From Naegleria gruberi (Eukaryota): a stretch of 64,000 nt of DNA. Where the stretch lies: assembly GCA_000004985.1 (NCBI GenBank), contig GG738904.1, one strand, 5' to 3'. The translations under genes were made by a program, and so were the position numbers. The notes below the pieces were generated by a model. It was not told where the DNA came from, searched no databases, and saw only the letters and a program-made list of their open reading frames with translations. Every line of letters begins with the position of its first letter. Position 1 is the first letter of the stretch. Below are positions 29,980-42,441 of the stretch, in pieces.

Positions 29980-30873
29980 ATGTGTTTTTCTATCATTATA
30001 AAAAAAATGAGGAATTTAAGGTCAGCCTCATTCTCGAGTCAATATGAAGCATCCCAACAACAGGCTCAATTATCATCACTCTTATCATCATCGGGTGCTG
30101 GAGCTAATTATCCACAACCTGAATTGAGCGATACAATATCTGTTGTTTCTTCACTATTAACAGATGAGTATAAACCATTTAAACCGACGAATAAGGCTCC
30201 ACTTAATCAATCTGTTGCAACAGCTAGTGCTGATCAAATTGATAGTAGTTTCTCTGAGAATGATCGGAGGGAGATGGAAAATCTGAGAGCCATCATTAAG
30301 GAATATAAGGCAAAGAAACTCGTTTTAGACTATGAAATTAGTCAGAAGGAAAATAATATAAAAACTTTAAAGGAAAATAACACTGAATTAAAATCGGAAG
30401 CTGATGAATCATTTGCTGTGTGGAATGTAACGAGACAAGATACATTGGATTTTATTAGCGAGGATATTACAGCTTCCTATGATTTTGGTGATTTGTCTCT
30501 CTCTGAGGAAGGTGGTAATGAAAGAGACTTACTGTGGAGAAAACTCAAACACTATAGAACTATTTACTGTAAAATAATGCAATATGTTGAAGTCAGAGAA
30601 AGCGAAATCAAACAACTAGAGAATGAAGAAAAGAATGATTTTGATGATATTGTAAAATTAAACAAATCCATTGATGCAGATATTGAACATTTGATAGGAA
30701 AGAGAGCTGAAATGGAATCTAGGATTGAATCCAGTTTCAATACAATAATTGAAAAGAAGAGGGATAATGAGCTTAAGAGACAAAATATTGAGATACTGAA
30801 GGAAAAAGTTTCACAAGCAGAAATCAAAACACAACAAGATGTTCAAATTCTTGCTAAAAAACTATTCAAATAA
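29980..30873 (+). CDS. Hypothetical coiled-coil protein (297 aa)
   Basis: N-terminus Ser/Gln-rich; heptad-rich central and C-terminal regions. Intact ORF. Confidence 0.45.
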   Translation: MCFSIIIKKMRNLRSASFSSQYEASQQQAQLSSLLSSSGAGANYPQPELSDTISVVSSLLTDEYKPFKPTNKAPLNQSVATASADQIDSSFSENDRREMENLRAIIKEYKAKKLVLDYEISQKENNIKTLKENNTELKSEADESFAVWNVTRQDTLDFISEDITASYDFGDLSLSEEGGNERDLLWRKLKHYRTIYCKIMQYVEVRESEIKQLENEEKNDFDDIVKLNKSIDADIEHLIGKRAEMESRIESSFNTIIEKKRDNELKRQNIEILKEKVSQAEIKTQQDVQILAKKLFK

Positions 30874-30895
30874 ATTCCAATTATTATTTACACAA

Positions 30896-31266
30896 TTATT
30901 CTTCGTCTTCTGCTTCCTCAACTTCTTCAGTAGCAGGATTTGGAATATTAATACTTTCCCAAACTTGTTGGTCATCATCAAAACAAGTCAAACATAATAT
31001 TGGTCCTAAATGTGCCTTTTCCAATTGTAATTCTTCCAGTGTTGTTGAATTTTGTAATTCTTCATCCTCTTCAAGTCCTCGGAATAATCTTTGATGATCA
31101 ACAGGAATATTTAAAACTTGGTCAATACGTTCCTTCAATTGTAAGATTGTATCAATAGGATCACAATGTAAAAAAACTGTTGTTTTTGCTCTTTTAATCC
31201 TCACATACATCGACTAAATGGTGAGTTAATCCTCTCCATACAAATCCAGCAAACAAAACATACCAT
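30896..31266 (-). CDS. ELOB: Elongin B homolog (ubiquitin-like subunit of the Elongin BC complex)
   Basis: MYVRIKRAKTTVFLHCDPIDTILQLKERIDQVLNIPVDHQRLF aligns with Elongin B ([45 protein letters not shown]), and the length is right (~105 aa). The gene may begin at an upstream ATG (plus 31264..31266) that is followed at once by a 50-nt intron (GTATGT...CATTTAG, plus 31214..31263). Confidence 0.7.
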
Positions 31267-31397
31267 TTTTTTAAAATTTATTTCTTGTAAATAATTCCGA
31301 TAAACTATTTAATATTTATTTATTATTGATTATTAATACTGTTTCATGCTTTCAACATATTGAACTACTACAACATTAAAAAAAACAGCTCAACATC

Positions 31398-31694
31398 ATG
31401 AAGAGATTCATTTTCATTGGTCTATTATTGACATTGTCACTTGTTTTCTTGATGTTTTTTCAAACAGTTGTTGAAGGAGCCGTAAAGAAAAATGGAGGGA
31501 AATCATCAAACGTTAGAAATGCTTCGACTAATTCCAATTCCCTAAGAAATGATTTAATATTTCACTTGAAAACTGTTATGAATATTGAGAATAATTCAAA
31601 TACCAGAAATTCCAATCATTTGAACTCCAATTCACAAGGAAAGTCGAATCGTGGCCACACCAAAAAGGTCAAATCCAACAATCTAAGAGGCTGA
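31398..31694 (+). CDS. Possible small secreted Asn/Ser-rich protein (98 aa)
   Basis: Signal-peptide-like N-terminus and a low-complexity remainder. Weak. Confidence 0.25.
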   Translation: MKRFIFIGLLLTLSLVFLMFFQTVVEGAVKKNGGKSSNVRNASTNSNSLRNDLIFHLKTVMNIENNSNTRNSNHLNSNSQGKSNRGHTKKVKSNNLRG

Positions 31695-32344
31695 TCACTC
31701 AATAAAACCTTCATACAACAATCATTTTTGGACAATAACTCACAATTCTAAAAAATCTATTGTAAACTCAATACCTGATTATAATATTAATATTAATACA
31801 TCACGTATCAATCCACCCGAATATGAACCTTAACGACAAAGCTTGCTGTTGGCCTGTTTGCAAAATGTTCAAATTCCAAACAGACGCAAAAATCAGATAA
31901 ATTTAGGCTTGCAAAAAATATCTGCCTCCGCTCCTTGGTCTCACCTCAACTCTGAAGAACACAAACTTCTCTCTTTGTTATTTTGAAACCCTTTCTATTG
32001 GCTTTATATCGGAGCGTGTTTGGTTCATCTTTGAAAGATTCAATATATAGTAGCAAATTTATTATTATCAAGAAGGTTTAAAGGTAAGTATTTGATGTAA
32101 TTGATGATTGGAATTTATGGTTGGAAATTCGTGTGATTCTCTCCTCCTGTTGCCGTGGTAGTCGCTGAATATAATACATGCTTAAAAGAACGAAACAAGT
32201 TGTTTTTCCACCTCCTCCTTTGCTATTAATTAATAATTATTACACTTCTATCAATTTCCAATTTTTGAATTTTGATATTATCTAGAAATTCTCCTCTCTC
32301 TCACAGAAATTAAGAAGAAAAACAACAATACATGATCTTCTTCA

Positions 32345-33661
32345 ATGTCCTCCCCTCTGAAATCACCAAATAATTTAAAACCACTCACAATTGTCTCGCA
32401 TCATCATCATCACCACCACCCTTCTGCTGAGCAATGTGATTGTTTATTTTGCAATGACCAAGGAATGTCAACTCCGACACCTTCATCTACATTGGTTGTT
32501 GATGATAAAAAGTTTTTCCTTCCCTCTGAAATGTGGTATGAAATATTCAAATACTCGGATTTGTACACTCTTTCTGTATTGATGCAATGTCAGAGAAAGT
32601 GGAAATCAATTTACAAGATGAGAGGATTCAAGTCAAAAATTCAATTTTTAAGAATGATGACTGTAGAGTTGGTTGTGAATCAATTGAATTCTAGTAATGC
32701 GAGTATCAATAAGAAGAAATATGACGTTCCACAATATGCCATTAGTGGTAAATGTCAAATATCCCTTAACGAACAATATTTGAACAAGAAACATTGTGAG
32801 TACAATGATCTCACTAAAGTAATTAAAAAGTTAGACACTCTCAAAGACTTTATTTTGAAGGAAATAAAGCTTTGGGAAGAAGCTAATGGAAAAGTTGATT
32901 GTGACCAAATATTTTCAGTTTTCAAGTTAATGAACGACTTGTTCAAACCTGCAAATACATCACCATCTGGAAAAAGAAATGAAAAGAGGTTTGCAAAAGA
33001 TGCATTTGCCAGAGTTGCTATTGTTGGCGATCATAACATGTCAAAGACTACCTTCTTTAATACTTTCCGTTCTCAGATTGAAAATTTTGAATCAGAAGCT
33101 AACTGCTTAGACGATAATGTTGTCTTACATTCCAATAACTCTAACAAGATGAACAATTCCAGCTCTTATCAAATTTGGGATAATTACCAGAGTATTGATG
33201 TGACAACTATGCCTCCTTATTTCCTTAGACGAATCAATTTTTTGATTCTAATTTTTGACGTTTCGAATTTATCATCCTTCTTCAAGTTGCAAACTTGGGT
33301 AAATCAAGTTGTTTCAGGAAATTTAAAAATTGATACCATGCCAGAGTTTGTGTTAGTCGGTACAAAACATGACTTGCTAAAACCTCAAGATGTTGAGAAA
33401 TATTTAGAAAATCGAAACAAACATTACCAACCATTTGCTGACACTCTTGGAATTCCTTATATTGAAGTGGATTCGACAAATATAACGCATGTTGACTCTA
33501 TAATTCATTATTCACTTTCATGGACCTACTTTGTGCATTTGCTTCAAAATTTGTCCTCTACCCTTAAAACCCAACCAGATTCCAAACTTTACGAGAAAAC
33601 ATCTACTCCATCCTTTCATCTTCCCCAATATAGAACATTCGAGGCTAGACAATTAAACTAA
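32345..33661 (+). CDS. F-box-like N-terminal domain fused to a degenerate Ras-superfamily small-GTPase-like domain; contains a His7 run
   Basis: F-box-like LPSEMWYEIFKYSDLYTLSVLMQCQRKW. GTPase-like elements: RVAIVGDHNMSKTTFF (G1 with Ser replacing the conserved Gly), WDNYQSID (G3-like), LVGTKHDL (NKxD-like). HHHHHHH lies near the N-terminus. Confidence 0.5.
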   Translation: MSSPLKSPNNLKPLTIVSHHHHHHHPSAEQCDCLFCNDQGMSTPTPSSTLVVDDKKFFLPSEMWYEIFKYSDLYTLSVLMQCQRKWKSIYKMRGFKSKIQFLRMMTVELVVNQLNSSNASINKKKYDVPQYAISGKCQISLNEQYLNKKHCEYNDLTKVIKKLDTLKDFILKEIKLWEEANGKVDCDQIFSVFKLMNDLFKPANTSPSGKRNEKRFAKDAFARVAIVGDHNMSKTTFFNTFRSQIENFESEANCLDDNVVLHSNNSNKMNNSSSYQIWDNYQSIDVTTMPPYFLRRINFLILIFDVSNLSSFFKLQTWVNQVVSGNLKIDTMPEFVLVGTKHDLLKPQDVEKYLENRNKHYQPFADTLGIPYIEVDSTNITHVDSIIHYSLSWTYFVHLLQNLSSTLKTQPDSKLYEKTSTPSFHLPQYRTFEARQLN

Positions 33662-33701
33662 CTTGATTATCCAACAACTCTGTAAATACAAAATAAATAA
33701 T

Positions 33702-36700
33702 TTATTGCTTTCTTTCAATGGTCCATCCCTTTTTCGATGTGATTGTTTCAATAGATTTAAAGTTATTGTCCCACCAAGACTTTGTATACGCATTCATCCT
33801 GTCAATCTTTGCCAAATGTTTCATGCAGTAAAGTAATGAATTATTATCTGTCATTCTGCTCAATGAATCAAAGTACTGATCCAAGCAAAATCCTACTCTT
33901 TCTGATTGTAAAGAATCCTCAATAGTCAACAATGAATCGAATACAAGGAAGTATGAGTCTGAGGATTCAGTTGCCGAGTTAACAATTATTGATTGAATAA
34001 ACAATTCGCAGAATTTTTTGGAAATAGAAATACTATCCCAACACCAATGACATAACATGGCTGAAATATCTTGCAATCTGATATTCATGTTGACTAAATG
34101 ATTGAAGAAGAGTCTGTGGAATAGTTTGTCCTTATCTGATGAACAAAGACTATAAGCGTACGGTTCGGTTCTTGGATTTGGATTAATGAGTGGTCCAGAG
34201 GAAACAATTACTCCAGTAATGGAATCCTCTTGGTCAGTGTCCATAATTGTTGGAGGTCTAGCTGTGGTAGATGCAGAGCATGTTCTAACCAAGATACTGA
34301 AAATTCTAATTATAAAAGCAACTGATAATTGTCCAAAAGTTGTAACAATAGAATATTTTGGATTAAAATTAAAGTAAATTGGTTCGCCTTCGTTTTGATG
34401 TTTTGGTAATAGTCCACCCAAAATTAGAGCAAGTTTTGAGACTAATTGTCTCTTAACACACAACAATCTGTAAGAAATTGGACCAAGTGAAACAATATCT
34501 TCCAATAATCTGAAATAATGAGCTGTAGATTTGTGGAATTGTGGAACAATGCTCAACATATCAATCATGCAATCAATAAAGAATCCTGAAGAACATTCAT
34601 AGTCTTTTTCTGTTACTTCCATTGGCTCATCAAAATTAGGATAATTGTTCATGGTCTTTGTAGTGGTAAATCTCCATTCCTCCTTTTCAAAATACTCAAA
34701 TAGATTCTCAACTGGATATAGTGATCTCAAAGTTGCTATTATTAAATCCACAACAGAATCACGTATTTCTTGGGATGGACATATCAGTAGAGAATCTATC
34801 TTCCATTTATCTGTTCTAGCAAACTCTACTAGGAACCACTTTGCAATTCTACTATGTTTTTCAAAAGTATCTTTCAAATAGGTAATCCACTTAACAATCT
34901 TTGGATTGTAAGATCTGATATAATATCCAAAGATATAATTACATGATAGCTGAACGTTTCTCAACACCATGGCATAATCATTGCTCTGGTAGGTACTTAA
35001 ATTACCAAACAAGTATGAATCAAAAGATTCATCGAAAATATTCTTGTAATGATAGAATTTTTCATTTTCCTTCCAAACCTGGGTCATTACAGAAGAGGCT
35101 GGTTGAATAGCTGAAGTTTCCTTTGTTTCAAATGATTCAGCATTAAGCACGCTCACCCTTTGATAGAATAACATGTAGGCATTATTACATCTGAATAGGG
35201 ATGTCTTTTTTCCTGAAATATTATGTTCTACCAGTCCTCCAAAACATTCCATTTCCATTCTGTTAAGATCGAATGGATTAATTTCTTCATCGTTAAATTC
35301 GTACCACTTCTCTTCTTCATTCTTTCTATCCATTATGAATGAGTAATAGTGGCCAGAGTCAGCACTTCCTGAGTGTACCAAAACACCAACTAGTTTATAT
35401 TGGTAGTAATCGTCAGGTCTATGAGGAGGCGGAATGTCGTAGATTCCTCTATTTTCCTTTCTCTCCATACCTTCTACTGTATACGGTTCCATATTTAATA
35501 AATGTGGGAACTCCACACGATCATTGATTTTTCTGTTTACCATTAGACTGAAATCAAAATCAAATCGTTTCAAATGAAGAATCAGAACATTAGGTAGATC
35601 CTTAATAAGAGTTCTTTTGAGTGCGTCTACATGTCTGTCAAGCTTGTCGCTGAAATATTGATTATTACCTTCGAGCATTTCACCTTGACAGTACAATTCT
35701 AGGGATTCCATAATATTTCTCTTATTTTTAACTTCTAAACTGATAATATTGAAATTTTCTGGTCTCTCTGAAATATTTTCTTCATAGATAATTTGATGGA
35801 GAAGAGATCCTCCATAAACATCCCTCAGGAGATAATCCTTCTTGTAGAACTTTAATGCTTCTTCTACACAATCCATAAATAAGTTGAAAAACTCGTTGGC
35901 ATCATGTTGAGTTGAGCATTCAACAGGTCTGCCATCAACTTTGTAAACCCTACAAAATGGTCGTGTATCATAGAATTTCTTACGTCCATACTCTAAGAAG
36001 GCAAACATATCCTGGACCTCTCTCAACAAAGAAACATTTTCTTGAAGTTTTTCGTTGGTAGGCAGTTCATCCGTATTAACAGTGATTAACTCCTTTCTGA
36101 AAGGAATAGTCATGAAGAATTGTTGAAGTAAAGAGTTCATATAACATGTGGCTCCTTGATTTTTCAATCCTACGAATGGTTTCTTCTTTTCTTGGTAGAT
36201 TGGGTAGACTTGCCAATTTTGTGGTTGTTCACAACCTCGAATATATTCTTCTAATAACTGTAAAATTTCCAAGTAATTATCAGGACAACCATCAACAACT
36301 TCTTGTAAAAAATTGAATGTTGCACTCCTACTTTCTTTTGTTTTACATTTTGGTAAAGGCAAATTATCTGTTTGATCAGTTAATTTTGGTACCTCAAACA
36401 AACCATTCAAAAACAAATCCTTGATATGCTTGTGTAATTCTTGCTTAAGGAATGGATAAGTTCTTATGAGAGCCTTTGCAATATTAAAGTAACCAATCAA
36501 AACTTGATCTGCAGCAGAGGTATTATTCTCCTCAATAATTGGTCTATCAAATATCTTTTTAACTATGGTAAACACCTCCTCTTGTGAAATCTCTGTAAAA
36601 TGTTTAGAGTTCATAATAGAATTTTCCAATAAAAGGAAATAATCATCGCATCTATCCTTGTACAAATCAATGTCCTCAGTCATCATTATATTATAGAGTG

Positions 36701-39700
36701 TTGTAATAAAATAACTTGAAGCTTGACTAGAGGAAGAAGATAATTCCAAAATTGTATTGGCGAACTTCTTTCTAATATTGGCATCAGGAGAGAATAGGAG
36801 ACTCTTTGTAGTGCTCAATGTTGTTTCATGAGTGAGCAGTAGTTGTAATAAATCTGGTTTGGATGATGTTATTTTAAGAATGGTAGTTAAGGCAAAGTCG
36901 TAAAGCATAAAGTGGGCATACTCCGAGGTTGTAGTAAATTGAGGATTATATTGGAAAGAGGTAGTAGGTCTGTGTGTGGTAGATGAATCAGAAAGATTAG
37001 AGTTATTCACCCTTTTTTCTGTTTCCTCTACTATTAATACTCTTAAAGTTTCAAGTAAATTGAGTAAAATTTCATTCAATCTCTCATTATTTTCTGGAAT
37101 AAACTTATTCAAGATCTTCAATAGTAAAGCAGCACATTGTTTCTGGAGAGGATTCTTATAACTCTTTCCAATACATAACAATCCATCCACAAGATGCTTC
37201 AAACCTCCATATTTCACAAAGTTGTCATACATCTTCGATCCAGGAACGAAATTTTTGGAAAACTTTGAATCAAGAATTTGTAAACAATATAATAGCTTGT
37301 GGGTACTGTTAGTTGGTAAAATTTCCATCCAATTAATATTACCTTGCATGTTTTCAATATTTAAGATGTTTTTGGACATTGCATAATTTGTAGGTAAATG
37401 CATTAGTAACATCCAAACCTTTTTGGCTACCTCATCACTGCTTGAACCGTCAAGAAGAGAGAACAATAGCGAGAAATGGCTTTCTTTTGATAGAATGCTC
37501 GCAGGGTTCAATCCATCCTCCAAGTTCAATATCACATATTCCTCATCAAGACCATCATCGTTATGAGTAGAAGATGCTAAAAATCCTCCTTCTTGCTTCT
37601 TACTTTTCTTTGCTGAAGATCTATTTCTAGAGAGGAAAACATTACCAAGTTCAGGAACTCCAAGAGCTTTCAAAGCATTACTCGTTAGGGAGAATGTGAT
37701 ATCTCTTGATGAAATTGGTCTGACATAAATTTCAGCACTTGATTCTAAACCAAGATCTTCCAGTGTTTTGTGTTTGTAACATGATAAATCTTCACCTTTC
37801 TCAGTTTCCAATCTTAATAAATGGGCCGAAGATTCATCACCGAGTTCAGAGGCAATAATATTTGTCAATTCATATATTTTCATCTTTGAAGAAACCGATT
37901 TGACAAAACTTTCATTTGTGTAGCAACTAATCTTCAAAGTGATTGGATATCCAAGGAAACTAATTCCGTGGCCTTTATATCCTCCTCCACCACTCTTTTG
38001 ATTTGCTACTACAATATAATCAATCATAAGACTAATGATGTTACAAATGTAGGCGTCTTTTCTCTTAGATGGACTACTGTACTGTTTAAGAAGTTCCATA
38101 CATTTTGCAATGAACTTTTCTCTATAGTCAGCTATAAAATGTTTCAACTCTTTTGCATAACCTGTCTTGTAATTGTTCAAGCATTCTATTGCCTGTCTTA
38201 ACACCTTTTGATCTTTCACAGATAAAATTAAATTCCAAAAGTGTACTAAACCAATTAAATCATCTGATAACACATCTATTTTCTTAATTTTCTTTACAAC
38301 AGGAACAGGATCCTCCTCCATCTCTTGTGATGGAACAGGAGGCTCAAGAAGTTCTTTTCCTTTTGTGATGATTTTAGAAATAAACTTCTTTCCTGAGTTT
38401 GGTTGTTCAATGATAATGATGTTTTCATTTTCTCCAACTGTTTCATAAATAATTTCCAATCTTCTTGCAATAATATTAACAGCTTTAAAGAATGTTCGGA
38501 AGCAGTTGAAATAATTCTCTGAAATACCACTATACAATGACTCTGACTTACTCAGCGAACAAACTAACTCTTCAAATACAAATCTAGTTGTTTCATCATC
38601 AAAAGAGGTAAAATCTTCACAATAATTTTCTCTCATCTTTGCCATCCATTCCATAACAATGTCCCTGTTACCATGAGTCCATAAAACAATACAATTTTTA
38701 ACAGAAAGGGTAATAGGAGAGTTTCTAATAACAAACTCCAAAAAGTCTAATTGATCCCTCAGTTCTTGGTCTGTCTGACTGGTATTTTCCATGTCACTTG
38801 GAAATTGGATTTCAAAGTTTGTAAAAAAGTGATCCATAAGATTTGTTTTTTCGTTAATAGATGCTATTACACCCCATGTTGATTGTTTTTTCTTTCTCTT
38901 TTGAAGGGAGTATGTAGCTAACAATGTCTTCATAAGAGATACGGTTCCTGATGTATTGTGTCTTGACTTGAGCATATCGATACAGTTTAACAGGTATGTC
39001 TTTCTAATACTCTCAAAACAATCTTGTTTGAATAATTCTGAAAGACATTCAAATGCTTTTCTATTTCCGCCAATAGCTAGTTTCCAAAGTAAATCGAGAG
39101 CAAACCAGTTCTTTTTCTTTTCTTTTAACTTTGAAAATGAATTAACAGCACAAATAGTAAAATGAGAAAGGAAATCTACCATGTGATCTCTTTTGCTGAT
39201 TGTTTCAACTGGAATAGCTTCAATTTTTGAATATAAATAAAGAATATCATTAAGGGAAAGTAATGGTACAAAACCAGCGAGAGTAGAAAGAATTAATCTT
39301 TCTGTTGCCTCGTGCTTGTCAACAGAGGCATTCCACAACAAGTCAAGTTCCTCTCTCGAGAACCCTTTATGTTGGGCTAATAATTTAAGTATTGCTATTG
39401 ATATGTTAAGTATTATTGTGATTTGATAAATAAAACTTACATAAAGATTGTCTTACAAGCTCTCTATGTACATCAGTTTCAAATAAATAACCTAGTAATT
39501 TCTTTTCACTCGACCATGCTATAAAAATTCTAATATGTAAATCTTTCTTTGATATATTTACAGATGACATATTAGAATCATTAGATCCATTTAACTGTGG
39601 ACTAGATCCTCCCTGTTTTGACATTTGGTCAGCCTTGATAAGAGTGTCTACATGAGATCTAATTTCGTTCATTCCCAACATTTTTCTTTCAACTGAGTGA

Positions 39701-41329
39701 CAATGCAATAACCTATAAAAATATTGCAATTTCAATCTGTCATAAAATTCTAAACTCTTCTCATCGTTATAATATAATGAGATGATTTTTGTTCTGAAAA
39801 CTGATAGTAAATCTTTGAATTTCTCTTCTATTTTCAACATTTCATCCGAAAGAGAATCTATATAAATAAACATTGAGTTGATAATTTCAGGTACAAAAGT
39901 TTCTTTTGTTTTTTGATCAAGAAATGCTAATTGATAGGAAATTGTATCAATAATCTTTTCTATTACTCTTATTGGTAAATCTTTGTATTTTTTCAAAAGT
40001 TCATTAAATAAATAATAACCTCCGTTTTGGGCAAAAATGTTAATTGACTATTTAGAGATAAGGTTATTAAATTCATGATTTGTAATAAAAATTGAAACTA
40101 ACCTTGCAACATAATTTGGAAAGAATATTTTCTCCTTTTGGTTTTGGAGTGGAGACAATACAGTTTGCAAAATCTTCATTCCATGTACTTTGTGGATGCT
40201 TTTGAATTAATTCCATATAGTGATTATACTCATTTGTTGCCATTTTGTTGTCTCTTGCAAACACAAGATTTTTTGAATAAATTTCATGTTTTTGGAAGGT
40301 TAGTGATCTACAAACATCAACTCCAAGAACAAGTGATTTTGATATGAGATTAATTTTTTGAACTATTTGTGATTGCTTCTCCTTTTCGCTGAGTTGGGAT
40401 GAGGATTTAGATTCTTCCAATTCAAGAGATTCAGAACTCTTTTCAGTCTTTTCTGACTTTTGTTCTGCTTGACTTTCCATTATCTTTTGAAATAGATCGA
40501 AAGGATAGGTTATTTTGATATAAATATAATCACGAATCGCAGCATTAATCAAATCTCCAATTTTTGAAAGTAAATCATTATCTTCAATCATATGAAGTGA
40601 TGTTGTGTGATTTAAAATAGAAACCATATGTGTTTGAAGAAACCAAATTGCATTAGCACTTTTAAAGTTTGTAATATTGTACTCGTCAAACTCTGTGGCA
40701 TATTGATCTCTGATGAAATCTAACATTTTAATCTCACAATCAATTAAATCTATAATGTCTATATCGTAACCAAATTATTCCACTTAAATTGACAACTTAC
40801 CAAGCAATTCTTGCATGTTTGAATGTCGGGCTAGCCTTTCTTTATAAACATCACTAATTTTCTTATACTTTTCAATAAAACCATTTTCAAATGTTAGTAA
40901 ATCTTCTGGATTCGGAGTCAAATCAGGCTTGACAATTTTCTCTTCCTTTTTGTCTTCTTCCTCTTTAACAATACCATTTTGTTGTACAGAACCAAGATGA
41001 TCATGTTGATGATCATCAGTTTTGTTTGTCAAATTTTCATCAACAAAATTATTTTCAGAATTTTCATCTTCGTGATCCAATGGACTTGTTTCTCCTACAG
41101 TACTAGTATCTTTTTCAGTATTCTCTTCCTCCAATATTGGTTGTGTTTTTTCATTATTATTGTCTTTATCCGATATTTGATCCTCTTCTTCTTTTTCCCT
41201 TCCTTCATCACAAGCAGCAACATTCAATGAAGAAGGTATGTCATTTACAGAAGAAGGTATTGTTTCCTCTGTTGCTGTTGTTGTTGTCGTTGCTTGTTGA
41301 TGGAGTTCCTGATTCTCCTCCGAAGACAT
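33702..41329 (-). CDS. Giant ubiquitin-specific protease (USP9X/USP24/USP34-like deubiquitinase), about 2470 aa, 4 exons (41329..40801, ~40749..40103, 39996..39441, 39376..33702)
   Basis: Cys box GLKNQGATCYMNSLLQQFFM and His box GVLVHSGSADSGHYYSF in the 1879-aa ORF, with long helical flanks. Upstream ORFs 39406..39996, 40073..40726 and 40784..41329 join in frame through minus-strand introns of 64 nt (GTAAGTTTTATT...ATTATTAG), 55 nt (GTTAGTTTCAAT...CTAAATAG) and ~42-51 nt (GTAAGTTGTCAA...ATATAG or ...ATTATAG). Confidence 0.85.
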
Positions 41330-42441
41330 GCTGATAATAAATTAAAAAAGATGACGGAAGCAGAAATCAACAAGGCAATTTTTTCTGGTTTACTTTAACG
41401 AAGGTTCTCACTTCAAAATCATTTCTATTTAGTTATGCCAAGTCACAATTTATTTGCTTGTTTGCAATTTTGGATGACATTGCATACAGTTTTATAAAAT
41501 TGTTTTCAAAGTGTTTGTAAACTCTTAGTAAATGTTTAAGATAAGTTAAACTAGATTCTTCCAAAAATAAAGTAATCCTAGAAAGTAAAATACTGACATG
41601 TTAACAGTTAGAGTTAATTCAATGTTTCAGTATTTCTTTTAGCATTCGTAAAACTTTTCCTATATTAAGCTTGGCAGTAGCCTCAAAAAAGTAGTTTCCA
41701 TTACAAAAAAGATTGGAAGATTTTGAACTACAGTACAAGCAAATAGAGGCACGAATCACCTTGAATATTCCATAACTCAAATTGCCACACTTCATAAATA
41801 AAGATGGTACAGTAAGGCTACTTCAAGTGAACCATTAACTATTTTACTAGATCTTACGAAATGGAAGGATGGTTTACTGAATTGTGACATTTCTCAATTC
41901 TATTTCACAAAATACAGATGAGAAAGAGGCATTTCAAAATGAAGACTTTTTGAAGAATACTAGAAAATATTTAATTACACAAATTACAAATTCATTATTG
42001 TAAAATGATAATATTCATTATGAATTCATAATGACCAAAGTCTTTCCAACCGTTTATTTTCAGAGTTTGAGGGCCCAAGAGTGGTTGTTGTGAAACATAT
42101 CAAGCACAATAGGGAAGATATTGGCAAGCATCCATCAATCAGTTGTGATCAACGCTGCGACACTTGTCACATTTTCACACTTTAAAAAAAATTTCATTCT
42201 GCCACCAGCCCAGGTAATCAAAAATTAAGAGGGCTACTCAACAAACGATTCGTAACAACAACAAACAGAGGCAACGAATCAAAATTTCACTAATCACTGT
42301 TGACACTAATCATCAGCATCATTGTAACAATATCAATCGTGTTCTCGTATAGTAAGTAAAGAAGAATACACAATTATTAGAAAGAGGACCAATAACAATA
42401 ACTATCTGCTAATTCTTCTGCTTCTTCATTCTCTATAGAAA

